This document shows, piece after piece, positions 19,049 to 29,744 of a stretch of 64,000 bases of DNA (within the stretch, counting starts at the first letter, position 1; every line of letters starts with the position of its first letter). The notes under the pieces are model-generated. The model had not been told where the DNA came from. It made no database searches and saw only the letters and a program-made list of their open reading frames with translations. The position numbers were made by a program, and so were the translations under genes. The stretch comes from Candidatus Entotheonellaceae bacterium. Lineage in GTDB: Bacteria > Tectomicrobia > Entotheonellia > Entotheonellales > Entotheonellaceae. The stretch spans positions 1,504,001 through 1,568,000 of the forward strand of contig OZ250173.1 of NCBI GenBank assembly GCA_965238075.1. Direction: 5' to 3'.

Positions 19049-21007
19049 CTATGAAGCGGCGGCCAGCGCCTGAAAGGCCGCCAACTGCTCGGGCCGACCA
19101 ATCACCGCGGCCAGATCCTCGCTGGCAAAACGAAAATCGATATCCGGATTGGCATGCAGTTCGCCCGCGCGCACGACGCCGACGATCGTGGCGCCCGTCT
19201 GGCTGCGAATGTCCATCTCGCGCAGCGTTCGTCCGATCAGCGGGCTGTCCGGCGGCAGGGCGACCCAGGTCAGGTCCAGCAGACGCGGGGTGCGGCGCAG
19301 TTGGGCGATGACGCGGGATTCGGTGGGCGGCTGGTACAGCGGGGCGTAGTGTTCCTTGTGAATGGCGTCCGTAAAGTTCTGGATTTCTATGGCCGGCAGG
19401 TTGAGGTGGACTAGCGCTTGGCGGGTGATCTCCAGCCCGGCTTCAAACTCCGGCTGCACGACCTCGTACACGCCGCGGTCGTACAGCGCGTCCATGTGCT
19501 CAAGCCCCTCGGCCCTGGCCACGATGTGCAGCGTCGGCTTCAACTGGCGAACCTGATCCACGATGCCCTGCGTCGTGACGATGGCGGGCGTGGTGATCAG
19601 AAGCAGCCGAGCCTCGGCGATGCCGGCGGCTTCCAGCACGATCCCCTGACTGGCGTCCCCGGAGATGATCGGCCAGCCGGCGGCCTTGGCCTGCTCCACG
19701 CGCCGGAAGTCGAGCTCGATGACCACGAATCCCACCTCAAAGCGCTGCAGCACCTGCGCCACGCACTGGCCAACCCGCCCGCCGCCCGCAATCACCACGT
19801 GGTCCCGCAATCCCCGCTCGGGCAGGTTGACGGACTGCAACGCCTCGAAACGGAACCACCGCCTGCGCAGCGCATACAGTGGCGCGGTGAAGCCCGACAG
19901 GACAGGCGTCAGGATGATCGTCGCAATGGCGGTGGTCAGTACCAGCGCATACAACTCGGCGTCGATGGCCCCCGCCCTCAGTCCCACTCGGGCCAGCACG
20001 AACGAAAACTCGCCGACCTGAAACAGGGTCAGCGCTACCGCCAAGGGAACGACGTTGCGGTACCCGAAGAAGCGGGGCAGGGCACCGAAAATCAATATCT
20101 TGCCCACCACGATGAGAAGAACCAGGAGCCCGACCTCCTGCAGATGGGCGAACAGGAATGCCGGGTCGAAGAGGATGCCGACGGAGGCGAAGAACAGCAG
20201 CCCGAAGAGGTCGCGCAGGGGGAGGATGTCGCTGAGTGCCTGGTGGCCGTAGTCCGACTCGCTCAGCACCATGCCCGCCACGAAGGCGCCCAGCGCGAAC
20301 GACAGCCCGACCAAGTGGGTGGCATAGCCGATGCCCAGACCGAAGGCGGTGATGGACAGCAGGAAGAGCTCGCGCGAATTCCAGCTGGCGATGTACGCCA
20401 TTAAACGGGGTAGCAGGCGGAGGCCGACGCCGATGGTCAGCCCCAGAAAGAGCGCGGCCTTCAGTGCCGCGAGACCGAGCAGGGCCAAGCCGGTCTGCGG
20501 GTCGTGCAACTGCGGCAGGATGATCATCAGCGGCACCACCGCGAGGTCCTGCACGATCAGCACGCCGACCATCACCCGGCTGGACAGCGTGCCCATCCGG
20601 CCCTGGCTCATCAGGGTTCTCAGCACCACCATGGTGCTGGACAACGAGATCAGGGCGCCAAACCAGAGCGCCGGGCGCCATTCCCAACCCAGCCAGGTTC
20701 CCAGCGCAAAGCCGTAGGCGATGGTGACGACAATCTGGATGGGCGTGCCGACCAAGGCAATGGCGCGCACCGGCCGCAAATCCCGGAAGGCAAACTCCAG
20801 CCCAAGGGCAAACAACAGAAGCGCGACGCCGATTTCGGCCAGCAACTCGATCTCGTGGATGTCGGAGACTACCGCTAAGCCGTATGGCCCGACGACCACA
20901 CCGGCGAGGATGTAGCCCAGCACCAGCGGCTGTCTGACGCGCTGTGCCGCCAGGCCGCCCAGCAAGGCCGCAACGACGATGATGACGATGTCCGCCGCGA
21001 TGCCCAA
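19049..21007 (-). CDS. CPA2 cation:proton antiporter with TrkA-N/TrkA-C (Kef/YbaL-like)
   Basis: [32 protein letters not shown]. Confidence 0.9.
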   Translation of the reverse strand: MGIAADIVIIVVAALLGGLAAQRVRQPLVLGYILAGVVVGPYGLAVVSDIHEIELLAEIGVALLLFALGLEFAFRDLRPVRAIALVGTPIQIVVTIAYGFALGTWLGWEWRPALWFGALISLSSTMVVLRTLMSQGRMGTLSSRVMVGVLIVQDLAVVPLMIILPQLHDPQTGLALLGLAALKAALFLGLTIGVGLRLLPRLMAYIASWNSRELFLLSITAFGLGIGYATHLVGLSFALGAFVAGMVLSESDYGHQALSDILPLRDLFGLLFFASVGILFDPAFLFAHLQEVGLLVLLIVVGKILIFGALPRFFGYRNVVPLAVALTLFQVGEFSFVLARVGLRAGAIDAELYALVLTTAIATIILTPVLSGFTAPLYALRRRWFRFEALQSVNLPERGLRDHVVIAGGGRVGQCVAQVLQRFEVGFVVIELDFRRVEQAKAAGWPIISGDASQGIVLEAAGIAEARLLLITTPAIVTTQGIVDQVRQLKPTLHIVARAEGLEHMDALYDRGVYEVVQPEFEAGLEITRQALVHLNLPAIEIQNFTDAIHKEHYAPLYQPPTESRVIAQLRRTPRLLDLTWVALPPDSPLIGRTLREMDIRSQTGATIVGVVRAGELHANPDIDFRFASEDLAAVIGRPEQLAAFQALAAAS

Positions 21008-21288
21008 GCCGCGTCTCCTTTCGTGCCGCCGCCGGTCCTTGATATAATGGTTGGCCTCGATGTCTTACTTGGAGCATTTCCGTATCTGATTGCCCCAGGA
21101 AGATATCGGCCGGCTCATACGCCCTCTCCCCTGGAGGGAGAGGGTCGGGGTGAGGGGGGGGAAGTCTCGGATGACAAACCGTCTCGGTCCCGAAGTACTC
21201 CAGTTCAAGTCCCGGGAAGGTCTGAACACGTCCACCGATTCCAGCCCTCTTCTGACAAGCCCCCATCACGCCGACGTGAGGAGATAGT

Positions 21289-22152
21289 TTGTTGACGGAC
21301 CCAACGGACCCAACGGACCCATTTGATAACGGCGCGCCTCCACCGACCGCCACAGACGTGAGCGCGGAAGCAGCCGAATCGGTGCGCTGGTTCGAGGGCG
21401 GCTTCGGGCTGCTGTACGACCGCCTTCTGTCCCGGAAAGTGCGTCGGGACCTGCTGCCCACGCACGTGGCCATTGTCATGGACGGCAACCGCCGTTTCGC
21501 CCTCAGCAGCGGCCTGCGCAACGAGCAGGGCCACCGCATGGGGAAGGAGAAGGTGCGTGAGGTGATGCGCTGGTGCCGCGACATCGGCGTCAAGTACCTG
21601 ACCGTCTACGCCCTCTCCATCGAGAACCTGACGAGCCGCTCTCCCGAGGAGTTGGCCACCTTGTTCGACCTCTACGAATCCGGCTTCCTGGAACTTTGCG
21701 ACGACCGCGAAATCCACCGTGACCGCGTGCGCTGCAAGGCCGTGGGGCAGATCCATCTGCTGCCGCCCCGCCTCGTCACCGCCATCGACGCCGCCGAAAA
21801 AGCCACCAAAGATTATGACGATCTCGTCTTCACCGTCTGCCTCGCCTACGGGGCGCGGCAGGAACTGGTGGACGCCATCAAGGGCATCCTCAGCGACCAC
21901 CGCGACGGCAAGATTGACCTGGACAGCATTTGCGAAGAGTTGGTGTCGCAATACCTGTACACCCACGACATGCCCGACCCGGACCTGGTCATCCGCACGT
22001 CCGGTGAGGAACGAGTCTCCAACTTCCTCCTGTGGCAGATGGCCTATGCCGAGTTGTTCTTCATCGACGTCCACTGGCCCGCCTTCCGAAAGCGCGATTT
22101 CCTGCGCGCCATCCGCACGTACCAGGGCCGCCAGCGCCGCTACGGCAGATAG
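21289..22152 (+). CDS. uppS: cis-prenyltransferase (UppS family)
   Basis: HVAIVMDGNRR, YALSIEN, DLVIRTSGEERVSNFLLWQ, RRYG; 9-bp tandem (TDP)3 at start. Confidence 0.9.
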   Translation: MLTDPTDPTDPFDNGAPPPTATDVSAEAAESVRWFEGGFGLLYDRLLSRKVRRDLLPTHVAIVMDGNRRFALSSGLRNEQGHRMGKEKVREVMRWCRDIGVKYLTVYALSIENLTSRSPEELATLFDLYESGFLELCDDREIHRDRVRCKAVGQIHLLPPRLVTAIDAAEKATKDYDDLVFTVCLAYGARQELVDAIKGILSDHRDGKIDLDSICEELVSQYLYTHDMPDPDLVIRTSGEERVSNFLLWQMAYAELFFIDVHWPAFRKRDFLRAIRTYQGRQRRYGR

Positions 22153-22158
22153 AACTGC

Positions 22159-23061
22159 TTATGCCGGTACGCTGCCAAGAAGCTCCAGCAACGCCTCGGC
22201 GACAGCGCCGGGTTGCTCCCGCGGCATGAAGTGGCCGGCCTTGGGCACGACGCGCCGGACGGTGCCCGGCGGAAACTGCGTCATCTCCCCCTCGGAGCGG
22301 TAAGGAGGCCCCACGGTGTCGTCGGCACCATGCAGGACGATGGACGGCACCGTAATCGGTGGGCGCGAGGCCAGCAGGCGTTCCACCTCGGTGAAGCGCG
22401 GGTCGCTCGGGGCATTGCGGTGTCGGTGGCGGTAGGAATGAATCACCAAGTCCACGAAGTCGGGATTGTCGAACGAAGGGGCGGTGCGAGCATAGGTGGC
22501 GTCGTCGAATTCCCAGGTCGGCGACCACTCCTGCCACAGCAGCCGGCAGATGTCGTAGCGATTCTGCTCCAGACCCAGCCGCCCGCGCTCGGTGTTGAAG
22601 TACCATTGATACCAGTACGCGCGCTCCTCCACCGCCGTTCCCGGGCGCGGCCGCGACAGGGTATCCTGCACGTTGTAACCGCCGATGGTCACCAGCCCCC
22701 GCACCCGCTCCGGCTGCAGAATGGCCGTGATGCACGCCGCCCGCCCGCCCCAGTCGTACCCGGCCAACCCCACATGGTCGAGGCCCAGGACGTCCAGGAA
22801 GTCGATCAGGTCCTGGGCCATCGCCGCCTGTTGGGCCATGCGCGGCGCTCCGTCATCCAGGAACCGCGTCGGCCCATAGCCTCGCAGATAGGGCACCAGC
22901 GCCCGATACCCCGCCGCCGCCAGCAGGGCCGCCACGTCGTCCCAGGCCCGCACGTCGTCGGGGAAGCCGTGCAGCAGCACGACGGGAAAGCCGCCAGCGT
23001 CGCCGTGCGCTTCGTAGCCGATTTCGAGAGTTGGTGTACGTACGCTTAAGCCTGCTGTCAT
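22159..23061 (-). CDS. Alpha/beta hydrolase (epoxide hydrolase-like)
   Basis: HGFP, LRGYG, GYDWGG, AGHF. Confidence 0.85.
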   Translation of the reverse strand: MTAGLSVRTPTLEIGYEAHGDAGGFPVVLLHGFPDDVRAWDDVAALLAAAGYRALVPYLRGYGPTRFLDDGAPRMAQQAAMAQDLIDFLDVLGLDHVGLAGYDWGGRAACITAILQPERVRGLVTIGGYNVQDTLSRPRPGTAVEERAYWYQWYFNTERGRLGLEQNRYDICRLLWQEWSPTWEFDDATYARTAPSFDNPDFVDLVIHSYRHRHRNAPSDPRFTEVERLLASRPPITVPSIVLHGADDTVGPPYRSEGEMTQFPPGTVRRVVPKAGHFMPREQPGAVAEALLELLGSVPA

Positions 23062-23227
23062 GAAGGGCTCCTTTTCCGGCATGTTTGGACCTGGCACGCG
23101 TTCCTGGCATTGTACCGCACGATGGATGATCTCAAGGCATCTCACCAGGCCGTCGCCCGGTTGACACCCACGCCCGCCGCATTACAATAGGCCAATTCCC
23201 AACCCGCGTTGCAGCATAAGGAGACGA

Positions 23228-24424
23228 TTGATGATCACGAGATTTGGCAGCCTGTACGCCGGACACGTTGACCTGGATGACATTGGCTTTGAGGGAACGC
23301 CGGTTAACGACCGCTGGCTGTCCGATGAGCACCTCGCCACCGTATTCGACAAGTCCGAAGCCATCGCCACCACCATGGACCGGCTGGGCTACAGCACCTT
23401 CTGGGCGGCGGAACACCGCTTCCAACGCGAGGGCTACGAGTGCATCCCCAACCTGCTGATGCTCTTCGTCCACCTGGCCCACCTGACCCAGAACATCAAG
23501 TTCGGCTGCGGTTTCAACGTGACGCCCATGTGGCATCCGCTGCGCATGGCCGAGGACTTCGCGATGGCGGACCACATGACCGGCGGGCGGGTCATCTTCG
23601 GTGTGGGGCGCGGCTACCACTCGCGCGAAAACGAGGTGCTGGGCGCCCCCAGCACGGCTCTCGACAACGAGGGCAACCGCGAACTGTTCGAAGACCAGGT
23701 CGAGCTCATCCTCAAGGCTTTCCGCGAGCGATCGTTCTCGCATCACAGCAAGAATTACGACATCCCGCCCCAGATTCCGTACCGGGGCTACGAATTGGAG
23801 GAGATCACCCTGGTACCGCGGCCCCGCCACCTGCCGGTCGAGTGCTGGCAGCCCGTGGTCAGCGCCACGCAACGCGGCCTGGACTTCATGGCCAAGCACG
23901 GCATCAAGGGCATCATCGGCGGCGGTGCGGCAGCCGGCGGCGCTACCGACAAGGTGATGGAAGGCTGGCGGGACGCGCTGCAGCGCGTCGGGCGCGAGAC
24001 GGAATTGGGAACCGACCTGATCGTGGGCTTCACCTACCACATCGCCGAGACCGAGCAAAAGGCCATCGAGGAAGCCCGGCCGTATTTTGAGGAAAACATG
24101 AAGATGTTCGCGCCGCTCGGTTTCGTGCGCGGCCTCAGCGACGGCCAGATCGAGGCCATCGCCGACCCCAAGCGGGCGCGCTCGGCCAACCTGCCAACAC
24201 TGGAGCAGGCCATCGAGGCCGGTTCCTGGCTCTGCGGCCCGCCGGAAATGATTATTGAAAAGCTTCAGGACGTGCAGGATCGCCACCCCGGTCTGGAAGA
24301 AGTGAACGTCGGTTCGGTTATCGGCACGCCGCAGAGCGTCATTCTGGAACAGTTGGAAATCTTCGCCCGCGAAGTCATGCCGGCCTTCCAGAGTCAGGAC
24401 CGCGCTGCTGCTCCCGCGGATTAA
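23228..24424 (+). CDS. LLM class flavin-dependent oxidoreductase
   Basis: FWAAEHRF, HPLRMAED, GRVIFGVGRGY, FAREVMPAF. Confidence 0.88.
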   Translation: MMITRFGSLYAGHVDLDDIGFEGTPVNDRWLSDEHLATVFDKSEAIATTMDRLGYSTFWAAEHRFQREGYECIPNLLMLFVHLAHLTQNIKFGCGFNVTPMWHPLRMAEDFAMADHMTGGRVIFGVGRGYHSRENEVLGAPSTALDNEGNRELFEDQVELILKAFRERSFSHHSKNYDIPPQIPYRGYELEEITLVPRPRHLPVECWQPVVSATQRGLDFMAKHGIKGIIGGGAAAGGATDKVMEGWRDALQRVGRETELGTDLIVGFTYHIAETEQKAIEEARPYFEENMKMFAPLGFVRGLSDGQIEAIADPKRARSANLPTLEQAIEAGSWLCGPPEMIIEKLQDVQDRHPGLEEVNVGSVIGTPQSVILEQLEIFAREVMPAFQSQDRAAAPAD

Positions 24425-24435
24425 GCCGTCTGTGC

Positions 24436-24466
24436 TGTAGGGGCGGGTTTGAACTCCGCCCCTACA
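24436..24466. repeat. GTAG-type REP hairpin / possible terminator between convergent genes
   Basis: TGTAGGGGCGG...CCGCCCCTACA; another GTAG-type hairpin at ~33660-33690. Confidence 0.65.
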
Positions 24467-24487
24467 ATCACCCCTCACGTGCCTTCC

Positions 24488-26770
24488 TCACCTCCCGCCG
24501 TCGGCTACCTGAAATACCTCCGCATAAAGCCGCGCCGCGCGTTTCCGATGAACGGCAATGTCCGCCGCCAACCGCGTCGAGGCATCCTGCTCCTCCCAGT
24601 AGCCCAGGCGGCGCGCCAGGAACAGAAACTCGTCGGACTCGGGCGGCGGCAGCACCAAATCCCGCGCGTGGCCGCGAACAATGCGCTGGGCGTCGATCAG
24701 GCGGCGCAGAAAACGGTACGCCTCTCCCAGTTGCGCTGCGTCACTGTCGCCGAGCACGCCGGCGTCGCGCAAGGCCTCGATTGCGCGCAGGGTGCTCGGG
24801 ATACGCAGCTTCGGCAGGGCGGCGGCGTGGCAAAGTTGCAGGACCTGCACAGTGTACTCCACGTCCACCAGGCCGCCCCGGCTGTACTTGCTGTCAATCT
24901 GCCCAGGGGTCACCAACTCGGCGATCTGCCGCTCTCGCAGCGCCACCGCAGCCTTGAGATCGAACGGTACCTCACTGTAAACGTAGCCGTCCCGCCAAGC
25001 CTCGGCCCGTCGGCCCAGGTCGGCGTCGCCCGTCACCCAGCGCAGCTTGATGAGGGCTTGGCGCTCGAAGTCCGCGGCCTGCCCGTCGGCGCTGTAGTAG
25101 GCCTTGAAGACCTCCCAGCTCGTGGCCAGCGGACCCTGAGCGCCGTGTGGCCGTAGACGTAGATCAATCTCGAAAATGCCCGACTGGCGCGCCACGATCA
25201 GGTCCCGCAGATGCTGCACCAGGAGCGTGGCGTACTCGGTATTGGCCAGGCGCTGCGGCCCGCTGGTGGCACCGTTGCCGCCGTACACGCACAGCATTTC
25301 GATATCCGAGGCATAGCCCAACTCACGGCCGCCGAACTTCCCCAACGCGAACAGGGCGAACGGACAGGGTGCGCCGCCGTCCAGCAGCGGCAGGCCGTAG
25401 CGTTCGCCGAGGTCGGCCTGCGCCGCCTCGAGGGCGCCGTCCATGACGACTTCGGCAAGATCGGTCAACTCGTCGGCAAACACGCCGAAGGGCAGGTCGG
25501 GATGCAGCAGGTGACGCAGGTCGATGCGGAACATCTCGCGGTCTTTGAACGTGTTAAGAGCGGTCTTGCGCGCTGGCGGCGTGCCGGCCGCTTGCATCCC
25601 CTCCCGCAACCGGCACCGCAGTGTAATCGAATCCAAAGGCTTGTCAGTGGCGTGCATCTCCTTGAGAACCGGCAGCAGATTGGCGTGCTGCATGCGCAGG
25701 AAGTCCTCCCACAGGAAGTCGCTGCTGCCCAGCATGGTGGCCAGCGCCTGCATGGCGCCGTCATCACAAAGCCAGTCGAGGTCGGCGCGAAGCGAGGCAT
25801 TTGGGGCCAGACGGTCCAGAAATTGATCGAAGTGTTGCAGGGCCATCGCCGGGTCTGGAGCCACAGTCAGAAAATGCGTGAATTGCTTGATCAGCACGAC
25901 GATGAAACGCAGTTCCTGCTGCCCCTCGTCGGAGGTGATCTTGCCGCCATGGCGCCAGCCGAGGCACAACTCATCCTGCACCCTTCCCTGGACGCTGCGG
26001 ATGCTGACCCGGTGCACGTAAAAGCCGCGCATCGCGAGCGCGTTCGACAAGCTGTACAAAAAGCCCGGGGTATCCTCGGCGGTGACGTGTACGACGGTCC
26101 AGTCGGGCGACACCGTGTTGTCGATGCGCACCTCCACAGGAAACAGCCGCCCCGGAAATTTTTGACTGGAGGTGCGGATGGCATTGATGAGCCGGTAATT
26201 CAGCGTATCGCGCGCCTGCTGCTGCTTGCCCTGCCGCTGCAATTGGATGAGCGTCGTCAGGTGCGCCGCAAACGCCTCCTGGGCGCTGGCGTCGAACGGC
26301 TGGTCGGCGTCGAAGTCCACCGTGAACAAATCGACGATCAACCCGCCCCGTGTATGGCCGCCCCAGGGTGTCAGGCGTTCCGGCCCGCGCTTGTAGCTGA
26401 ACACCTGCCCCTCGCGGATATTGAGCCCGCAGGCGGCCATAGCGCCGGTGATGAGGGCGAACTCGCCCAGCAGGTCGTAGCCGACCAGCAGGATGTCGGC
26501 GCTGATGGGGCTGCGCGGCACCACCCGCACGTGCAGCGGATGTTGGTCGGCGATGGCTGCCACCAACTGCACGTGGGCAGCGATCTGCGCAGCGGTGAAC
26601 AGCACGAAATAGTCGTCGTCCAGTTGTTCAAAGAAGTCGTCCAGCACCTCGGGCACCACCTGCGGGCAGCGGCGCGCCACCTCGGCGCGCAGCGATTCCC
26701 GGCCGGCGGGCCGGCTCGGCGTCCCCCGACTTTCGATCCCTTTCGGTGGCTCAAGCTGCTGCGGATGCAT
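24488..26770 (-). CDS. glnE: GlnE C-terminal (adenylyltransferase) half with two N-terminal GlnD-like ACT domains
   Basis: GAGGAGG RBS; ACT motifs GYDLLGEF and AEDTPGFL; ALGKFGGRELGYASDIE, IDLRLRPHG. Confidence 0.8.
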   Translation of the reverse strand: MHPQQLEPPKGIESRGTPSRPAGRESLRAEVARRCPQVVPEVLDDFFEQLDDDYFVLFTAAQIAAHVQLVAAIADQHPLHVRVVPRSPISADILLVGYDLLGEFALITGAMAACGLNIREGQVFSYKRGPERLTPWGGHTRGGLIVDLFTVDFDADQPFDASAQEAFAAHLTTLIQLQRQGKQQQARDTLNYRLINAIRTSSQKFPGRLFPVEVRIDNTVSPDWTVVHVTAEDTPGFLYSLSNALAMRGFYVHRVSIRSVQGRVQDELCLGWRHGGKITSDEGQQELRFIVVLIKQFTHFLTVAPDPAMALQHFDQFLDRLAPNASLRADLDWLCDDGAMQALATMLGSSDFLWEDFLRMQHANLLPVLKEMHATDKPLDSITLRCRLREGMQAAGTPPARKTALNTFKDREMFRIDLRHLLHPDLPFGVFADELTDLAEVVMDGALEAAQADLGERYGLPLLDGGAPCPFALFALGKFGGRELGYASDIEMLCVYGGNGATSGPQRLANTEYATLLVQHLRDLIVARQSGIFEIDLRLRPHGAQGPLATSWEVFKAYYSADGQAADFERQALIKLRWVTGDADLGRRAEAWRDGYVYSEVPFDLKAAVALRERQIAELVTPGQIDSKYSRGGLVDVEYTVQVLQLCHAAALPKLRIPSTLRAIEALRDAGVLGDSDAAQLGEAYRFLRRLIDAQRIVRGHARDLVLPPPESDEFLFLARRLGYWEEQDASTRLAADIAVHRKRAARLYAEVFQVADGGR

Positions 26771-26777
26771 CGCCTCC

Positions 26778-28274
26778 TCACTCCATTCGAAACGCCGCCG
26801 CGAACAGGGCGTGAATCGCCTCTGTGCGCGCCAGATAGTCCTGGTAGAACGCCTCCCAGTCGCTGTGCCCGAAATGACGCGCCAGGCGCTGCCGCGATTC
26901 CTCGTTGCGCGGCAGGGTATGCGTCTGCGAGCCCTGCTCCATTTGCAACAGGTGCTCCAGGCGGCGCAGGTAGCAATAGGTGTCGCGTAATAGCGCCTCG
27001 GACTCCACGCCCAGCAGCCCGGCGTCGCGCAGCTTGCCGAGGGCGCGCAGCGAGTTGCGCTCCTGCAGTTGGGGCCGACGGCCGCCGAACAGAAGCTGCG
27101 GCAACTGGATGAGAAACTCGACTTCCCGAATGCCGCCGCGGCCAAGCTTGACGTGCGTGCGCGATTCGTTCTTGTCTGCCATCTGGCTGTCGATTTGCCG
27201 CTTCATGGAGCGCAACTGCTCGACCCCCTGCGCGTCCAGGTGACGCTGGTAGACAAACGGCTGGATCAGGTCCATGAATTCCCGCCCCAGGTCTGCGTCC
27301 CCCGCCACCGGACGTGCCTTGATGAGCGCCATCTTCTCCCACGCTTGCCCGAACCGCGCGTAATAAGCTTCGTAGGCCAGCAGCGCCAGCGCCAACTGCC
27401 CCTGGGTGCCGCCCGGGCGCAGCCGCAAATCCACCCGGAAAATCTGCCCGGCGGCGCCCTGACCGCCGATCAGCGTCGTCAGGCGGCGCGCCAGCGCCAC
27501 GAAGTACTCGTGGTTGGAAATCCGGCCGACCCGCTCGCCGTTCCGCACGATGCCGCGGGTCTGCCCCTGGTAAGAGGTGTAGACGTATATCAGATCGAGG
27601 TCGGAGGAGAAATTCAGCTCGCCGCCGCCGAGTTTTCCCATGCCGATGACGCAGAAGCGGCAAGGCTGTTCGATACCGCTGTCGTCGGTGTAGACCGGCT
27701 CGCCGTGCAGCGCCGTCAGCCAATCCTGACAGGCCCGCACGCCCACCTGCAGCACGCAGTCGGCCAGCGTCGCCAGGCCGGTGGTCGTCTCATCGACGTC
27801 GGCCAGACGATTCAGATCCCGCGCCCCAAGACGCAGCAGGTGCCGCTGCGTGAAGCGCCTCAGAACGGCAGCCACCTGTGCTTCGTCTTCCTGGCCTTCC
27901 AGCATGGCGGTGAGTTGTGCTCCAAGGTCGCCCGGCGGCACCGGCGGCGCGTACAGGGCCTCGTCGCGCAGCCAGAAAGCCAGTTGTGGGTCACGCCACA
28001 GGATGCTGCTAAGGAAGTGCGAGCTGGCGAAGATGCCCACCAAGCCGCGCAGAAATTCCGATTGCTCGCGGCAGGCCTCCCAGAACACCGACGCATCACC
28101 GAGGCACTCCAGATAACGCAACAAGTGTGACCGGGCACGATACGGATCGACCGATTCAAGAAGTGCGGACACGACGGCGGAAATGAGGTCGGGGGGACAG
28201 GAAAGCGGGTTCCCCTCGCGCAAGGGGCGACTCAGTTCGGCAGCTTGGTGGGAGGCGGGAATGCCAGAGGCCAT
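26778..28274 (-). CDS. glnE: GlnE N-terminal (adenylyl-removing) half
   Basis: GMGKLGGGELNFSSDLD, RVDLRLRP, WEKMALIKAR, VKLGRGGIREVEF, QTHTLP. Confidence 0.85.
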   Translation of the reverse strand: MASGIPASHQAAELSRPLREGNPLSCPPDLISAVVSALLESVDPYRARSHLLRYLECLGDASVFWEACREQSEFLRGLVGIFASSHFLSSILWRDPQLAFWLRDEALYAPPVPPGDLGAQLTAMLEGQEDEAQVAAVLRRFTQRHLLRLGARDLNRLADVDETTTGLATLADCVLQVGVRACQDWLTALHGEPVYTDDSGIEQPCRFCVIGMGKLGGGELNFSSDLDLIYVYTSYQGQTRGIVRNGERVGRISNHEYFVALARRLTTLIGGQGAAGQIFRVDLRLRPGGTQGQLALALLAYEAYYARFGQAWEKMALIKARPVAGDADLGREFMDLIQPFVYQRHLDAQGVEQLRSMKRQIDSQMADKNESRTHVKLGRGGIREVEFLIQLPQLLFGGRRPQLQERNSLRALGKLRDAGLLGVESEALLRDTYCYLRRLEHLLQMEQGSQTHTLPRNEESRQRLARHFGHSDWEAFYQDYLARTEAIHALFAAAFRME

Positions 28275-28295
28275 GGCTTGGTTTTCCCCAACAAC

Positions 28296-28514
28296 TCAGC
28301 GGGTGCGAAAACGCCGCATGCGGCCCAGCCAGCGTACGTATCGCCATAGGGCGCGACGGTGCTGCGGTTGGCGTAGCAGGTCCAGGGCAGCGCGCCAGGA
28401 AACCTCGGCAGCCGGAATGCCGGCATACGTTTCCACGCGCCAAGCGTAGTATGCCCGGCGCCATTTCCAGGGTTTCAGGAAGGGCCTGGGTCGGAAGCAC
28501 CAGAGATGCCACAT
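28296..28514 (-). CDS. Small Trp/Arg-rich hypothetical protein
   Basis: 72 aa with PW...Y.WRVETY.G pattern; 21 bp upstream of glnE, same strand. Confidence 0.5.
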   Translation of the reverse strand: MWHLWCFRPRPFLKPWKWRRAYYAWRVETYAGIPAAEVSWRAALDLLRQPQHRRALWRYVRWLGRMRRFRTR

Positions 28515-28661
28515 GTCGATGACCTCAAGGTGGCTGAGGGTTACTAACGACGCGCGATAGCAAAACCATCCCAGGGTGACAAAGGCAGGCTGACCGCGTA
28601 TGCTCTGCCGTCGACCGGCAGTCCGTTACGGCGGCAAATCCATCATGAAACAAATTCAACC

Positions 28662-29744
28662 ATGAAACAAATTCAACCTGAAAAGGACCTGCCCATGGGG
28701 GAGGCGAGCAGTATCCGGCAGCGCCTGCTCAAGCTGCTGCCCTGGGTCATCACCCTGGCGATCTTCGTCATTATTTTCCGCCGCGTTCCCGCCCCCGAGC
28801 TGCTGGAAGCCCTGCAACAAGCCCGCCTGCTGCCCTACTTGGCGCTGATGGCGCCGTACAGCATGATCTACTGCCTGATCGACACTTTCGTGCTCACGCA
28901 GGCCGTCACGTGGTTCCACCAGCCGGTACGCTATACCCGCATTCTGCCGGTGCGGGCGGCGGCGTATATTCTGTCGCTGCTCAACCCCGGTCTCGGGCAG
29001 GGCGGCACGGCGTTCTACTTACACCGCCGCGAGGGCATGCCGTTTCTCGAAATGGTCGGGACCATCGTGTTCCTGGTGGTTGTCGAATTCGGCCAACTGG
29101 CTCTGTACGCCGCTATCGGCATCTTTATCGTACAACCGCAACTTGCCGCCATCTTCGCGCCGTTCTACATCGTCTTCATCGCCGCGTTCGCCATCGCTTT
29201 GACCTACGTCCGGCATGGCTTCTCGCCGCTCGTGCGGGTACTTCGGGCAGTGGCCCGCCTGTCGGGCCGCGAAAGCAGCTTCACCCCCCGGCCCGGCGGG
29301 CCGCGCACCCGGATTCTGCACACCTTGCAAACTGCCGGCGTCCGTCACTACCTGCTGGCGCTGCTCTACAAAGCGCCCAGCTTTTTTCTCGCCGTCTTGG
29401 TGCACTACCTGGCGGTGCAGCAGTTTGGCGTGCAGATACCGTTTCTGGCGCTGCTGGCCTTCCTGCCAGTGGTCTTTCTTGCCGCCTCGCTGCCCATCAC
29501 GGTAGCGCATCTCGGTACCTCGCAGGCCGCTTGGCTGTTTTTCTTTTCGGCGTATGGCAGCGAGGCCCACTTGCTGGCCTACAGCCTGGCCGCCCATTTT
29601 ACCTTCATGATGCTAAACAGCCTGATCGGCTTATGTTTTCTGCGACAGGTCCTGAAGGCCCCGCCGAAGCCACAACAGGAACAACCGCTCCAGCCCCGAT
29701 ACGAAGGCCACCCCCATCACGGCAACAAGAGCAGCCTGCCCTAG
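28662..29744 (+). CDS. Lysylphosphatidylglycerol synthase TM-domain (flippase-like) protein
   Basis: ~8 TM, NPGLGQGG, LPITVAHLG. Confidence 0.75.
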   Translation: MKQIQPEKDLPMGEASSIRQRLLKLLPWVITLAIFVIIFRRVPAPELLEALQQARLLPYLALMAPYSMIYCLIDTFVLTQAVTWFHQPVRYTRILPVRAAAYILSLLNPGLGQGGTAFYLHRREGMPFLEMVGTIVFLVVVEFGQLALYAAIGIFIVQPQLAAIFAPFYIVFIAAFAIALTYVRHGFSPLVRVLRAVARLSGRESSFTPRPGGPRTRILHTLQTAGVRHYLLALLYKAPSFFLAVLVHYLAVQQFGVQIPFLALLAFLPVVFLAASLPITVAHLGTSQAAWLFFFSAYGSEAHLLAYSLAAHFTFMMLNSLIGLCFLRQVLKAPPKPQQEQPLQPRYEGHPHHGNKSSLP

